Source of the DNA: Lingula anatina
Taxonomy: Eukaryota; Animalia; Brachiopoda
Reading direction: 5' to 3'
DNA length: 64,000 nucleotides
Assembly: GCA_051362555.1 (NCBI GenBank)
Contig: CM120646.1
Coordinates: 21,700,001 to 21,764,000, forward strand
Position 1 is the stretch's first letter. Each line of letters begins with the position of its first letter. Shown here piece after piece: positions 27,201 through 40,500 of this stretch. Position numbers and translations under genes: made by a program. A model generated the notes under the pieces. That model made no database searches. It was not told where the DNA came from and saw only the letters and a list, made by a program, of their open reading frames with translations.

Positions 27201-30200
27201 GTACTTATAAGTTAAATATAATAATAAGTAACAGTTTTCTTTTCATAATGTTTGCAGTAGCAGTGCAAAAAGATTATTGTCAATTTTGATGTAACATTAC
27301 ATAATAAATTACAGAATAATTATCACCAATTTTTGATTATTGACTATAAATAGCATGGACATGTAGAAAATTTGATTACCATTAGGCTTCATGTCCATGG
27401 GAGCTCTGAGTCCCACAATGAATATGCCAAAAAGAAAATGAATATTTCACTAAGTGTATAACTTCCAGAAAAAGAAGCCAATTAGACTGCTTTTCCAACT
27501 CGGGCTGCATTTTAGTCCTGTGTTTCTTTTTTGAAAGTTTGACAGTAATAAGTAACACCGTTTTCCCATAATGGTCATCATGGCAGCAGCACCAAATATT
27601 GTGTTTTCTTCTATTTTGATGCAACATTACATGATGCTTAACAGCATAATGACCATCAATTTTAAATGATAAAATATACGTGTCATGGATTTTCAGAAAA
27701 TGTGACTAGCAAGGGTCTTCAAGCCCGTGGAGGTTCTAAGTCGCACCTTGAAAATGTCAATAAGTGAAAAATTAAATTTTCACAAAAAACTGTTAAATTG
27801 CCAGAAAAATTTACCAAACAGACTGCATTGCCTACTGAGGCTGTATGTTAGACCCATGTTTCTTTCTTGTAAGTTTGAGAACAGCAAGTGACATGTTTTC
27901 CCTTAAATGGTCATCATAGGAGCAGTGCCCTAAATAGGGGTTTCTTCAAATTTTGATGCAACGTTACATAATGTTTAACAGCATAATAACCATCAAATGT
28001 TATTGAAAAAATATAAGTAACATGGACATTCAGAAAACATGACAAGCAAAGGTCTTCAGGCCCATGGAACTTCAAAGTCACATCTTGAAAATGCCAAAAT
28101 GTAAACAAGACAGCACTGTCCTGAAATGGGTTTATTTCCATTTTTAACACTTTTTTAACATAAAACAAAATAAACATTTTACTGCCATTTTTATATGACC
28201 AACTAAGAAAATTGATGAGATGGGAAAAGTATCAATAGAACAGTGTTAAATGTCCAATTTCCTCCATTCTGAGATTCTGAACATAGTGGATGATTGAATC
28301 TGACAAACTGCAATGATAAGAGTTTATTTCCATTTTTGACACTTTATTACACAATACATGATAACAAGTTTACCATGTTTTTTTACATAATCAACTAACA
28401 ATGTTGTAAAGATGCAGGAAATATCAAACAAACACTTTTACGCATCTAATTAGTTCAATAATGAGACTGTTAACATGCCTAATAATTGAATCTGAGGAAA
28501 TGTGAAAAAACAGTATAACTTCTTAAATAATGGCCCGATTATGCTGATTTTCGAACTCAACCTGCACTTTAGTAAGATTGACCACTCCTGTGAATATAAT
28601 GCCAATTGGCCAATCCGTTTTTCTTATATTGTGTTATCAGTGTTGCATTTATATTGAAAAGTGAAAAAACAGCATAAATTAGTAGGCTTGTTAAGAGGTC
28701 AAACGCTGCATTTTATAGTACAAATGTCTAACTTGGCATAAATGTTCCTTGGGCCAAAAGAAAATTTTTTATCCAAAGAGACGCCCTCTATCGATACATT
28801 AATTAGCATTAATTATGCAAATTAGGTGCTAAAATATATAATATTTCATATTTCCATTAATTTTTGGCCTAGAAACATTTATAGATTATCAAACCTGACT
28901 AAATTAGGGACAAGGAACCCATTTTTGATCATTTGGAAGCAATTGGTGGCCATTTTGTGCCTCAAATCCAAGATGGCCGCCACCCGCCATTTTGAAAGTG
29001 GACATAATTTTGCTATTTTATGTCTAATTTTGAAGCGTTTGGTCTATATATATTTGATATAAATATCGATTCCTACTATTTTGGGTGTGAAAAAGTCATT
29101 TTTGATATTGTTTTGGTGATAGTAGGTGATTTCAATGGACAAAGAGGGTGTTTTAAGTGCTTACCACATATGTGTGAACACTGAAAAACCATGGATGTTG
29201 ATAACCCGTATTCAAATATATCTCAATGCAATTTTTTGTTATATACCATTGCTATTGGACTATATTATGAGCTAAAAAAACCTCACACTTTTACCATTGT
29301 GGAGGCCATTGGTGGCCGTTTTATCCCTCAAATCCAAGATGGCCGCCAAAACCATTTTGAACATGAGCATAATTCGCTATTTTGAAACTACATGTACTAC
29401 ATCTTTGTAAATGAGTAATACGTCGTTTTAAATTATTTTCTGGTGCAGAATACATTATTTGTTTCTTAAAATTTGTGCCTCAAATCCAAGATGGCCCTCA
29501 TACACTATTTTCAAATTGAACATTATTCACCATTTTGAAACTATCACACCTTCATAAGCGTGCCATACGTCATTTTTGATTATTTCCTGGAGCAGAATGC
29601 ATTTTCGGTTTCATAAAATGTAAATAGAAACTTTTATAAGCCTCCAAATAAATATAGGATTCAGTTGCTACATGGACCTGCAGTTTATATGTACAATGAG
29701 TAATCCAATTAGTACAAAAATGCTTTTGCCGATCTATAAAACAAGTGTCAGCAAACAGAATGGCTGAATTAAAGCAAAAGAATACATCTTTGACCGCATG
29801 AGGAAAATTGTTAGCCATTATTTTGATCAAAATCAAGTGATGGTTGCTTGCCGCTATTTTAATAATTTGGTGTTATTTATAATCTTTGAACTGTGGGACC
29901 CTCATTCGCTTGTATTAGGTAAAATGGCACTATTCTTGGGGCTCAAAAGTAATTTTCCAGTGCTAATTTGGTGACAGAAGATAATAAAAAGGTAATATAA
30001 GGTTGTAAAATAAATTCCAAGATGAGTTTTGTTGAGTCTGTTACAAAAATGTGGAACCCAAACCACATGCTCAAATATATCATCTAGATTTATCTTAAGT
30101 GACCATCCACTAAAAGATACTGAATACTCAAAGGAAAGCAATAAATATATATACATAGTGGTATTATATTATTAATCTTTTACTGGTCAATGTGAACCAA

Positions 30201-33200
30201 AAAGCCACATGCACATTTATGTCCCAGTCACTGGGGCTTGCATTCGCACGTTAAATATAGCCCAGAAGATTTGAAGGGTGAAAAATGTGTCGTCTTATAA
30301 TACTATGGAACTTGGTTGTGTTGATGCGTAAATGTCCGTGAAAGACAAGCAAATGGACTTTGCTTTGAAATAGCTCTAGATCTTGTCTGCAAAATCATCC
30401 AGCAGCACAGCAAAAATAAACATGCATGATCAGCTCTGGTAGGCCAATAAGACAACAGCTAGTAAGAATTGAGGTTTTGTCAGTGTCCTATGAGAAACAG
30501 CCAAACAATATATTAGAATCCAGTTTCCAGAGAAACATTAATGCATGAGAACATGTCGCATCAGAGGAAAGTGGTATCTTTACACAAAAGAACGAATCTG
30601 CAAAACCAACTAGAAAGCAGCAGCTGCGCAGGAAGGTAAGAGGGATAAAGCAAAGAAGTCGAGGAAGCAGCCTCTTTTCCTAGTTGACAGTGCCAGTGAT
30701 CATTCCTAGCATGATTTGGCCAGACAAGTCATCTCACTACCAATAGAAATCCATAAGGCGACTACATAGTTCTCATTGTTTCCAATGGACAAACAAGCAC
30801 AAAACATCTACAGTATATGACAACTACAGGAATATTCATCTTGGAATCGTCTTAAAAGACCTTATGCCTTTTTTATTATCCTCTGTCACCAGAGTAACAC
30901 CAGAAATTAATTATGTACTTCCAAAATAGTAATAATTGATGTATTACGATCATATGTAAGTCCAACAGCTCAAAAAAGGTAAATTATGCCATAATCTTAA
31001 AATAGAGACAGGTTCTTGGATATGAACAACAGAATAGCTAAAAGTAGTCACCATAAAGTTGAATCCACTGTGCTGGTCTCTTGCACTTAATCTATGTCTG
31101 GCAAAACCATTTTAAAATTGTTATATAACATATTTTTGCACAAATTTGACTTCAAGACGTATACAAGCGAAGGTGAAGACGTAAGCCTGTATTGGTGTTG
31201 GAGCCTTTTAATATTTTCTTTTTGTATTATATCTCATAAGAGATAAGACACATGACTTCTACAACCCAAATGATAAGAAACGATGTATAACATGCTAGTG
31301 TAAGAGCAATAGCTTCAAATTGATGAGTTATGCCTTATCCGTATTTCAAAATTGTGACTGGCGGCCATTTTGGATTTGAGGATCAAAATGGCTTCCAATT
31401 GTCTCCAAAGCACCAAGTATGTGTTCTTTACCTTTAATTAAGCCATTTTGGTCTCTTACACTTGTTTCAAGCTCTTTATGATTTTATAAAACATTTTGTA
31501 CTAACTAGACTACATGGCACATGTAAGTCTATTTGACGACTTAAGCCTACATGCATATTCGTTTTGGAGAATAAAATAGTTTGTACTCACATTTTATGAA
31601 ACCGATAATGTATTCTGCACCAGAAAATAATATAAAACGACGTATTACTCATTTACAAAGATGTAATACATATAGTTTCAAAATAGCGAATTATGCTCAA
31701 GATCAAAATGGTTTTTGGCGGCCATCTTGGATTTGAGGGATAAAACGGCCACCAATAGCCTCCATAATGATAAAAAATTGTTTTTTTTTGCTCATAATAT
31801 AGTCCAGTAGCGATGGTATATAACAAAAAATCGCATTGAGATGTATTTGAATACGGGTTATCAATATCCATGGTTTTGCAGCGTTCACACATATCTTGGT
31901 AGGCACTTAAAACACCCTCTTTGTCCCTTCAAGTCACCTACTATCACCAAAACAATATCAAAAAGACTTTTTCACCCCCAAAATAGTAGGAATCGATATA
32001 TATATCAAGTATATATAGACCAAACGCTTCAAAATTCAACATAAAATAGCAAAATTATGTCCACTTTCAAAATGGCGGGTGGCGGCCATCTTGGATTTGA
32101 GGCACATAATGGCCACCAATTGCTTCCAAATGATCAAAAATGGGTTCCTTGTCCCTAATTTAGTCAGGTTTGATAATCTATACATGTTTCTAGGCCAAAA
32201 ATTAATGGAAATATGAAATATTATATATTTTGGCACATAATTTGCATAATTAATGCTAATTAATGTATCGATAGAGGGCGTCTCTTTGGATAAAAAATTT
32301 TCTTTTGGCCCAAGGAACATTTATGCCAAGTTAGACATTTGTACTACAAAATGCAGCGTTTGGCCATTTTTTGGTTCTTAACAAGCCTACTATAATGCTG
32401 ATTTTCGAACTTGACCTGCGTATTAAGAATTTTCATCGGTTCTGTAAGTTTCAAGCCAAAAGGTAAAATGGTTTTCCACTTACTGTGTTATCGGTGCTGC
32501 ATATATGCTGAAAAAGTGAAAAAACAGCATAAATTCCCTAAAAATGGCCCAATCATGCCGATTTTCGAACTTGACCTGCATATTATGAATATTCATCAGT
32601 TCTGTAAGTTTCAAGTCAAAAGGTACAATGGTTTTCCACTTATCGTGTTATCGGTGCTGCATATATGTTGAAAAAAGTGAAAAAACAGCATAAATTCCCT
32701 AAGAGTGACCCGATCATGCTGATTTTCGAACTTGACCTGCGTATTATGAATATTCATCAGTTCTGCAAGTTTCAAATCAAAAGGCAAAATGGTTTTCCAC
32801 TTATCGTGTTATCGGTAAAAGTGCACGGCGACGGCGACGACGGCGACGACAACGACGACAGACGCAGATGATGGCTATATGTACAGACACATCTGTGTCT
32901 GTACATAACAAAAAAATACAGGTAACTATATTACAAATGGTTAACATTTAACAAAACAAGGCAGCAAAGCTGTCAAACGTACAGACAAAAAGTAGGAAAT
33001 AACTATGCACAAAATAGGCTACTGTCAATTCTGATGCAAAAGTACATTATGTTAAACTGCAAATTCAACATCAAATTTTAATTATGCTCAACAGGTAATA
33101 CCAATGTAAGTAAAATGTGTAACAAGCATAAGGCTTCACGCCCATGGCAGTTCAAGTTCACACTTTGAAAATGTATAACTTCCAGAAAAAGAAGCCAATT

Positions 33201-36200
33201 AGACTGCTCTTCCAACTCAGGCTGCATTTTAGTCCTGTATTTCTTTTTTGAACATTTGGCAATCATCAGTAACATGGTTTTCCCATAATGGTCATCATGG
33301 CAGCAGCACCCAAAATTGTGTTTTCTTTTATTCTGATGCAATATTACATAATGATTAACAGCATAATGACTGTCAATTTTTAACAATAAAATATACGTAT
33401 CATGGATTTTCAGAAAATGTGACTAGCATGGGTCTTCAAGCCCATGGAACTTCAAAGTCACACCTTGAAAATGCCAACATGTGAAAAATTAAATTTTCAC
33501 AAAAAAAACTGTTTCACTAGCAGAAAGAATTACCAAATAGACTGCATTGCCTACTGAAGCTGTATTTTAGTCCCATGTTTCTTTCCTGTAAGTTTGAGAA
33601 CAGTAAGTGACATGATTTTTCTAAAATGGTCATCATGGGAGCAGCCCAAAATATTTTTTTTCCAAATTTTGATGCAATATTACATAACGTTTAACAGCAT
33701 AATGACCATCAATTTTTAATAATAAAATATTAGTATCATGGATATTCAGAAAATGTGACTAGCAAAGGTCTTCATGCCCATGGAACTTCAAAGTCACAAC
33801 TTGAAAATGCCAAAATAAACAAGACAACACTGTCCTGAAATGTGTTTTTTTCCATTTTTAACAATTTTTTAACATATAACAAAATTAACAATTTACTGCC
33901 ATTTATATATGATCAACTAAGAAAATTGATGAGATGGGAAAATATCAATAGAACAGTGTTTAATGTCCAATTTCCTCCATTCTGAGTTTCTGAACATAGT
34001 GAATGATTGAATCTTACAAACTGCAATGATATGAGTTTATTTCCATTTTTGAAACTTTATTACACAATGCACGATAACAAGTTTACCATCATTTTTACAA
34101 AATCAACTAACAATGTTGTAAAGATGCAGGAAATGTCAAACAAACACTTTTACTTATCTTTTTAATTAAATAATGAAACTGTTAACATGCCTAAAAATTG
34201 AATCTGAGGAAATGTGAAACAAGACAGCGCTTTTCTGAAATGGGTTTATTTCCATTTTTAACACTTTTTTAACATAAAACAAAATTAACAGTTTACTGCC
34301 ATTTTTATATGATCAACTAAGAAAATTGATGAGATGTGAAAAATATCAATAGAACAGTGTCAAATGTCCAATTTCCTCCATTCTTAGTTTCTGAACATAG
34401 TGAATGATTTAATCTTACAAACTGCAATGATATGAGTTTATTTCCATTTTTGACACCTTATTACACAATACACGATTACAAGTTTACCATCATTTTTACG
34501 TAATCAACTAATAATGTTGTAAAGATGCAGGAAATGTCAAACAAACACTTTTACATATCTTATTAATTAAAAATGAGACTGTTAACATGCCTAAGAATTG
34601 AATATGAGGAAATGTGAAAAAACAGCATAACTTATAAAATAATGGTCCGATTATGCTGATTTTCGAACTTGACCTACATTTTAGTGAGATTGATTACTCC
34701 TGTGAGTTTCATGACAACAGGCCTATCAGTTTTCCTTGAAATGTGTTAACAGTGTTGCATATATGCTGAAAAGTGAAAAAACAGCATAAATTCTACAATA
34801 ATGGCCTGATCATGCTGATTTTCGAACTTGACCTGTGTTTTATGAATATTCATCAGCTCTGTAAATATAAAGCCAAAAAGCAAAACTGTCTTCCACTTAT
34901 GGTGTTAACGCTGAAAGTGCACGGCGACATGATCGGCGACGGCGACGACAGACGCAGGTGATGGCAATATGTACAGACACATCTGTGTCTGTACATAAAA
35001 ATATTGCTAACTATTGAATATAACAGCATTTATTTCTACCAGCACAAGATAGAATTTATAAATCAAACTCAATTAAAAAAGATCAAAGACAAATTTAACG
35101 CACGTATAACAAGAAAAGTGACTTGTATCTCCCTAGATGTAGGTGTTCCCTGTGCATGTGTAGCACGACAACCACATGTGGTTTGATGGTGACTGGTTTG
35201 TACTGTAAACTGAAGTCTGATTACTGACGTGTCTGGGGTGGACCGGTCACTCCTTGTACCACTTGGACATCCTGATGTCCAGCTTAAGGACGCTAAGGGA
35301 TTCCCGCCAGGCGCACTACAGGTCAAAGTCACGGATGTCTCCCCAGTAACCAGTTTGTCTACTGCTGAGTTGTAACCTGTCAGTGTGGGTAGGTTCTGCC
35401 AGTTGTCTGGGGCATCTGGAGATAACATAATAACAATAATAATTTGAGCACAAAGAAAAGGTTTACATTTACTGGCTCTCTAACTACTAAACAAGGCAGC
35501 AAAGCTGTCAAATGTACAGACAAAAAGCAGGAAATAACAAAATAGGCTACTGTCAATTCTGATGCAAAAGTACATTATGTTAAACTGCAAATTCAACATC
35601 AAATTTTAATTATGCTCAACAGGTAATACCAATGTAAGTAAAATGTGAAACAAGCATAAGGCTTCAGGCCCATGGGAGTTCAAGTTCACACTTTGAAAAT
35701 GTAAAACTTCCAGAAAAAGAAGTCAATTAGACTGCTTTTCCAACTCAGGCTACATTTTAGTCCTGTATTTCTTTTTTGAAAGTTTTTCAAGGCTACATTT
35801 TAGTCCTGTATTTCTTTTTTGAAAGTTTTTCAATCATAAATAACATGGTTTTCCCATAATGGTCATCATGGCAGCAGCACCTAAAATTGTGTTTTCTTCT
35901 ATTCTGATGCAATATTACATAATGGTTAACAGCATAATGACAATCAATTTTTAATAACAAAATTTATGTATCATGGATTTTCAGAAAATTTGACTAGCCT
36001 GGGTCTTCAAGCCTGTGGAACTTCAAAGTCACACCTTGAAAATGCCAATATGTGAAAAATTAAATTTTCACAAAAAAAACTGTTTAACTGGCAGATTGTA
36101 TTGCCTACTGAAGCTGTATTTTAGTCCCATGTTTCTTTCCTGTAAGTTTGAGAACAGTAAGTGACATGGTTTTTCTTAAATGGTCATCATGGGAGCAGTG

Positions 36201-37494
36201 CCCAAAATAGTTTTTTTTTCAAATTTTGATGCAATATTACATAATGTTTAACAGCATAATGACCATCAATTTTTAATAATAAAATATTAGTATCATGGAT
36301 ATTCAGAAAATGTGACTAGCAAAGGTCTTCAGGCCCATGGAACTTCAAAGTCACAACTTAAAAATGTCAAAATGTAAACAAGACAGCACTGTTCTGAAAT
36401 GTTTTTTTCCCCATTTTTAACAATTTTTAACATAAAACAAAATTAACAGTTTACTGCCATTTTTATATGATCAAGAAAATTGATGAGATGAGAAAAATAT
36501 CAATAGAGCAGTGTTAAATGTCCAATTTCTTTCATTCTGAGATTCTGAACATAGTGAATGATTGAATCTGACAAACTGCAAGGGTATGAGTTTATTTCCA
36601 TTTTTGAAACTTTATTACACAATACACGATAACATGCCCAGCAGGCATAGTTGCGTTGGATCATTTTTGAAAACAGGTTGATTCGTTGAATTGCTGTTGA
36701 TCTACTTAAATTCAACGTCAAATCAACGTTGATCCAGCCACGTTGAAAAACCGTCATAATGTGACGTTGACTCAATGTTGTATTTTGGTCAATGACACAA
36801 CCTTGCAGTTATGGATTGTAATTTAAAATATTAATTATTGAAAATGTGGTACTTTGTTTATCAAAATAATAACAAAATGATTTTAAAGTAAAATTGACAG
36901 TTGTTTTGTGTCTTTAGTGAACTAGTGAATTTTCTTAACTTGTTATTCAGAAATACATTCCAATAAACTGAATTGCTTGCAAGGTCAGCTAACACTAAGA
37001 TGAATAAGTTGCTGTAAATGTGATGGAGTTAAAGATGCATACAAAGTCAATTTTTTGTCACAAAAACTAACCAAATGCCAGCATATAGTTCCAAGTAGTA
37101 TAACTAAGAAAATTGCCAAAAGGCATTGTTTAATTTTACCCGAAAATGTTGTTTGAACGGATTTTTCTGCTGGCATTCTAAGCTGTATGTCAATATGACA
37201 GGAAATTAGGTCACGAAAGTAGGTTAAATTTACAACCAAAAATTTAACGAAAGGAGCAGTCTAAAGGTCTTTTATGGCTGAGCGAGTGATCTATTCAGTT
37301 TATCCCTTGGCATGTCGAATTTATTTGAGTCATATAAGAATCTAGTAGAAGTGGTTTACATGTGTTACATGTGTCCACCGATGCTCGGTTCGTATGTACC
37401 TTTAACAGTTCTTGGTAACCTGTTATAGATAGACAGGTTGAGGTGACTGTGACTTTGTTATATATATATTTATATATATGGTTGTAGTTATCTT

Positions 37495-37553
<59 letters not shown>

Positions 37554-40500
37554 GGAAATTCTAACTTATAGGCCATACATTTATACCCTACATATATTTA
37601 GCCATCAAACATGTCCTACTGTTAAACACATCCAGGCTAATGTCCCGCTGGGTGGGGTTGATATAACATTGTTTTCTGACGTTGAAACAACGTTGTTATC
37701 TGAGGTTGACACAACTTTCAAATCCAACGTTTATTCAATGTCTACTCAACGTTATGGTTCAACGTTGTTTCAACGTTAAAACAACAATTTGCCTGCTGGG
37801 TGTTTACCATCATTTTTACAAAATCAACTAACAATGTTGTAAAGATGCAGGAAATGTCAACCAAACACTTTTACGTATCTTATTAGTTTAATAATGAGAC
37901 TGTTAACATGCCTAAAAATTGAATCTGAGGAAATGTGAAAAAACAGCATACCTTCTAAAATAATGGCACGATTATGCTGATTTACGAACTCAACCTGCAT
38001 TTTAGTAAAATTGACCACTCCTGTGACTTTCATGACAATTGGCCCATCTGTTTTTCTTATATTGCGTTTACAGTGTTGCATATATGCTGAAAAGTGTAAA
38101 AAACAGTATAACTAGTAAAACAGTGGCCCGATCATGCCGATTTTCGAACTTGACCTGCGTTTTAGTAAGATTGATTACTCCTGTGAGTTTCATGACAACA
38201 GGTCTATCGGTTTTCCTTGAAATGTGTTAACAGTGTTGCATATATGCTAAAAAGTGAAAAAACAGCATAACTACTAAAATAGTGGCCCGATCATGCCGAT
38301 TTTCGAACTTGATCTGCATTTTAGTAAGATTGATTACTCCTGTGAGTTTCATGATGACAGGTCTATCGGTTTTCCTTGAAATGTGTTAACAGTGTTGCAT
38401 ATATGCTAAAAAGTGAAAAAACAGCATAAATTCTACAATAATGGCCCGATCATGCTGATTTTCGAACTTGACCTGCATTTTATGAATATTAGTCAGCACT
38501 GTAAATATAAAGTCAAAAAGTAAAACCGTCTTCCACTTATGGTGTTAACACTGAAAGTGCACGGCGACATGATCGGTGACGGCGACAGCGACGACAGACG
38601 CAGGTGATGGCAATATGTACAGACACATCTGTGTCTGTACATAAAAATATAATATAATAAAATAAGTAGCAAACTATACTGACACTGAACATCAAGGTGT
38701 AGCACTATCAAATAATTTCACTTATATTTTAGTGCTTATGTCAACAATTGTACTACATGGGGCAGTAGTTTTGAGTTGAAACCTGTCAGTGTTGGGAGGA
38801 TCTGCAGTTATGAGGGGCATTTAGATTTAACAAGGCAGCAAAGCTGTCAAATGTACAGACAAACAAGGCAGCAAAGCTGTCAAATGTACAGACAAAAAGC
38901 AGGAAATAACAAAACAGGCTACTGTCAATTCTGATGCAAAAGTACATTATGCTTAACTGCAAATTCAACATCAAATTTTAATTATGCTCAACAGGTATTA
39001 CCAATGTAAGTGAAATGTGTAACAAGCGTAAGGCTTCAGGCCCATGGGAGTTTAAGTTCACACTTTGAAAATGCCAGAATGAGAAAAATGAAAATTTCAC
39101 ATAAAACTGCTTAAATTCAATAATAAATGATAACCCATTTGAGCTGGCTTCCTTATTTGAACTGCATGCCAATCCTACAAATCATACTTGTAAGTTGAAA
39201 ATAATAATAAGTAACACAGTTTTCTTTTCATAATGTTTGTAGTAGCAGTGCAAAAAGATTTTTGTCAATTTTGATGTAACATTACATAATAAATTACAGA
39301 ATAATTATCACCAATTTTTGATTATTGACTATAAATAGCATGGACATGTAGAAAATTTGATTACCATTTGGCTTCATGTCCATGGGAGCTTCGAGTCCTA
39401 CAATGAATATGCCAACATGATAAAAATGAATATTTCACTAAAATATATAACTTCCAGAAAAAGAAGCCAATTAGACTGCTTTTCTAACTCAGGCTGCATT
39501 TTAGTCCTGTTTCTTTTTTGAAAGATTGACAATCATAAGTAACATGGTTCTCCCATAATGGTCATCATGGCAGCAGCACCCAAAATTGTGTTTTCTTCTA
39601 TTTTAATGCAATATTACATAATGCTTAACAGCATAATGACCATCAGTTTTAATTAATAAAAGATCCGTATCATGGATTTTCAGAAATGTGACTAGCATGG
39701 GTCTTCAAGCCGGTGGAGATTCTTAAGTCACACCTTGAAAATGCCAATATGTGAAAAATTAAATTTTCACAAAAAAACTGATTAACTGCCAAAAAAATTT
39801 ACCAAATAGACTGCATTGCCCACTGAAGCTTTATTTAAGTCCCATGTTTCTTCCTGTAAGTTTGAGAACAGTAAGTGACATGGTTTTCCTTAAATGGTCA
39901 TCATGGGAGCAGTGTCCAAAATAGGGGTGTCTTCAAATTTTAATGCAATATTACATAATGTTTAACAGGATAATTACCATCAATTTTTAATAATAAAATA
40001 TTAGTATCATGGATATTCAGAAAATGTACCTAGCAAAGGTCTTCAGGCCCAAGGAACTTCAAAGTCACACCTTGAAAATGCCAAAATGTAGACAAGACAG
40101 CACTGTCCTGAAATGTGTTTTTTTTTTCATTTTTAACAATTTTTTAACATATAACAAAATTAACAATTTACTGCCATTTAAATATGATCAACTAAGAAAA
40201 TTGATGAGATGGGAAAAATATCAATAGAACAGTGTTTAATGTCCAATTTCCTCCATTCTGAGTTTCTAAACATAGTGAATGAATGAATCTGACAAACTGC
40301 AATGAGTTTATTTCCATTTTTGAAACTCTATTATACAATACATGATAACACGTTTACCATAATTTTTACATAATCAACTAACAATGTTGTAAAGATGCAG
40401 GAAATGTCAAACAAACACTTTTACTAATCTTATTAGTTAAAAAAGTAACAAGGCAGCAAAGCTGTCAAATGTACAGACAAAAAACAGAAAATAAAGATGC

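Larger units (their letters stand above)
25533..34999 (+). mobile_element. HINE family A copies (interrupted by two DNA transposons)
   Basis: Near-identical to 55345-57950; 3' hairpins atgtacagacaca-tc-tgtgtctgtacat at ~32880 and ~34969. Confidence 0.8.
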
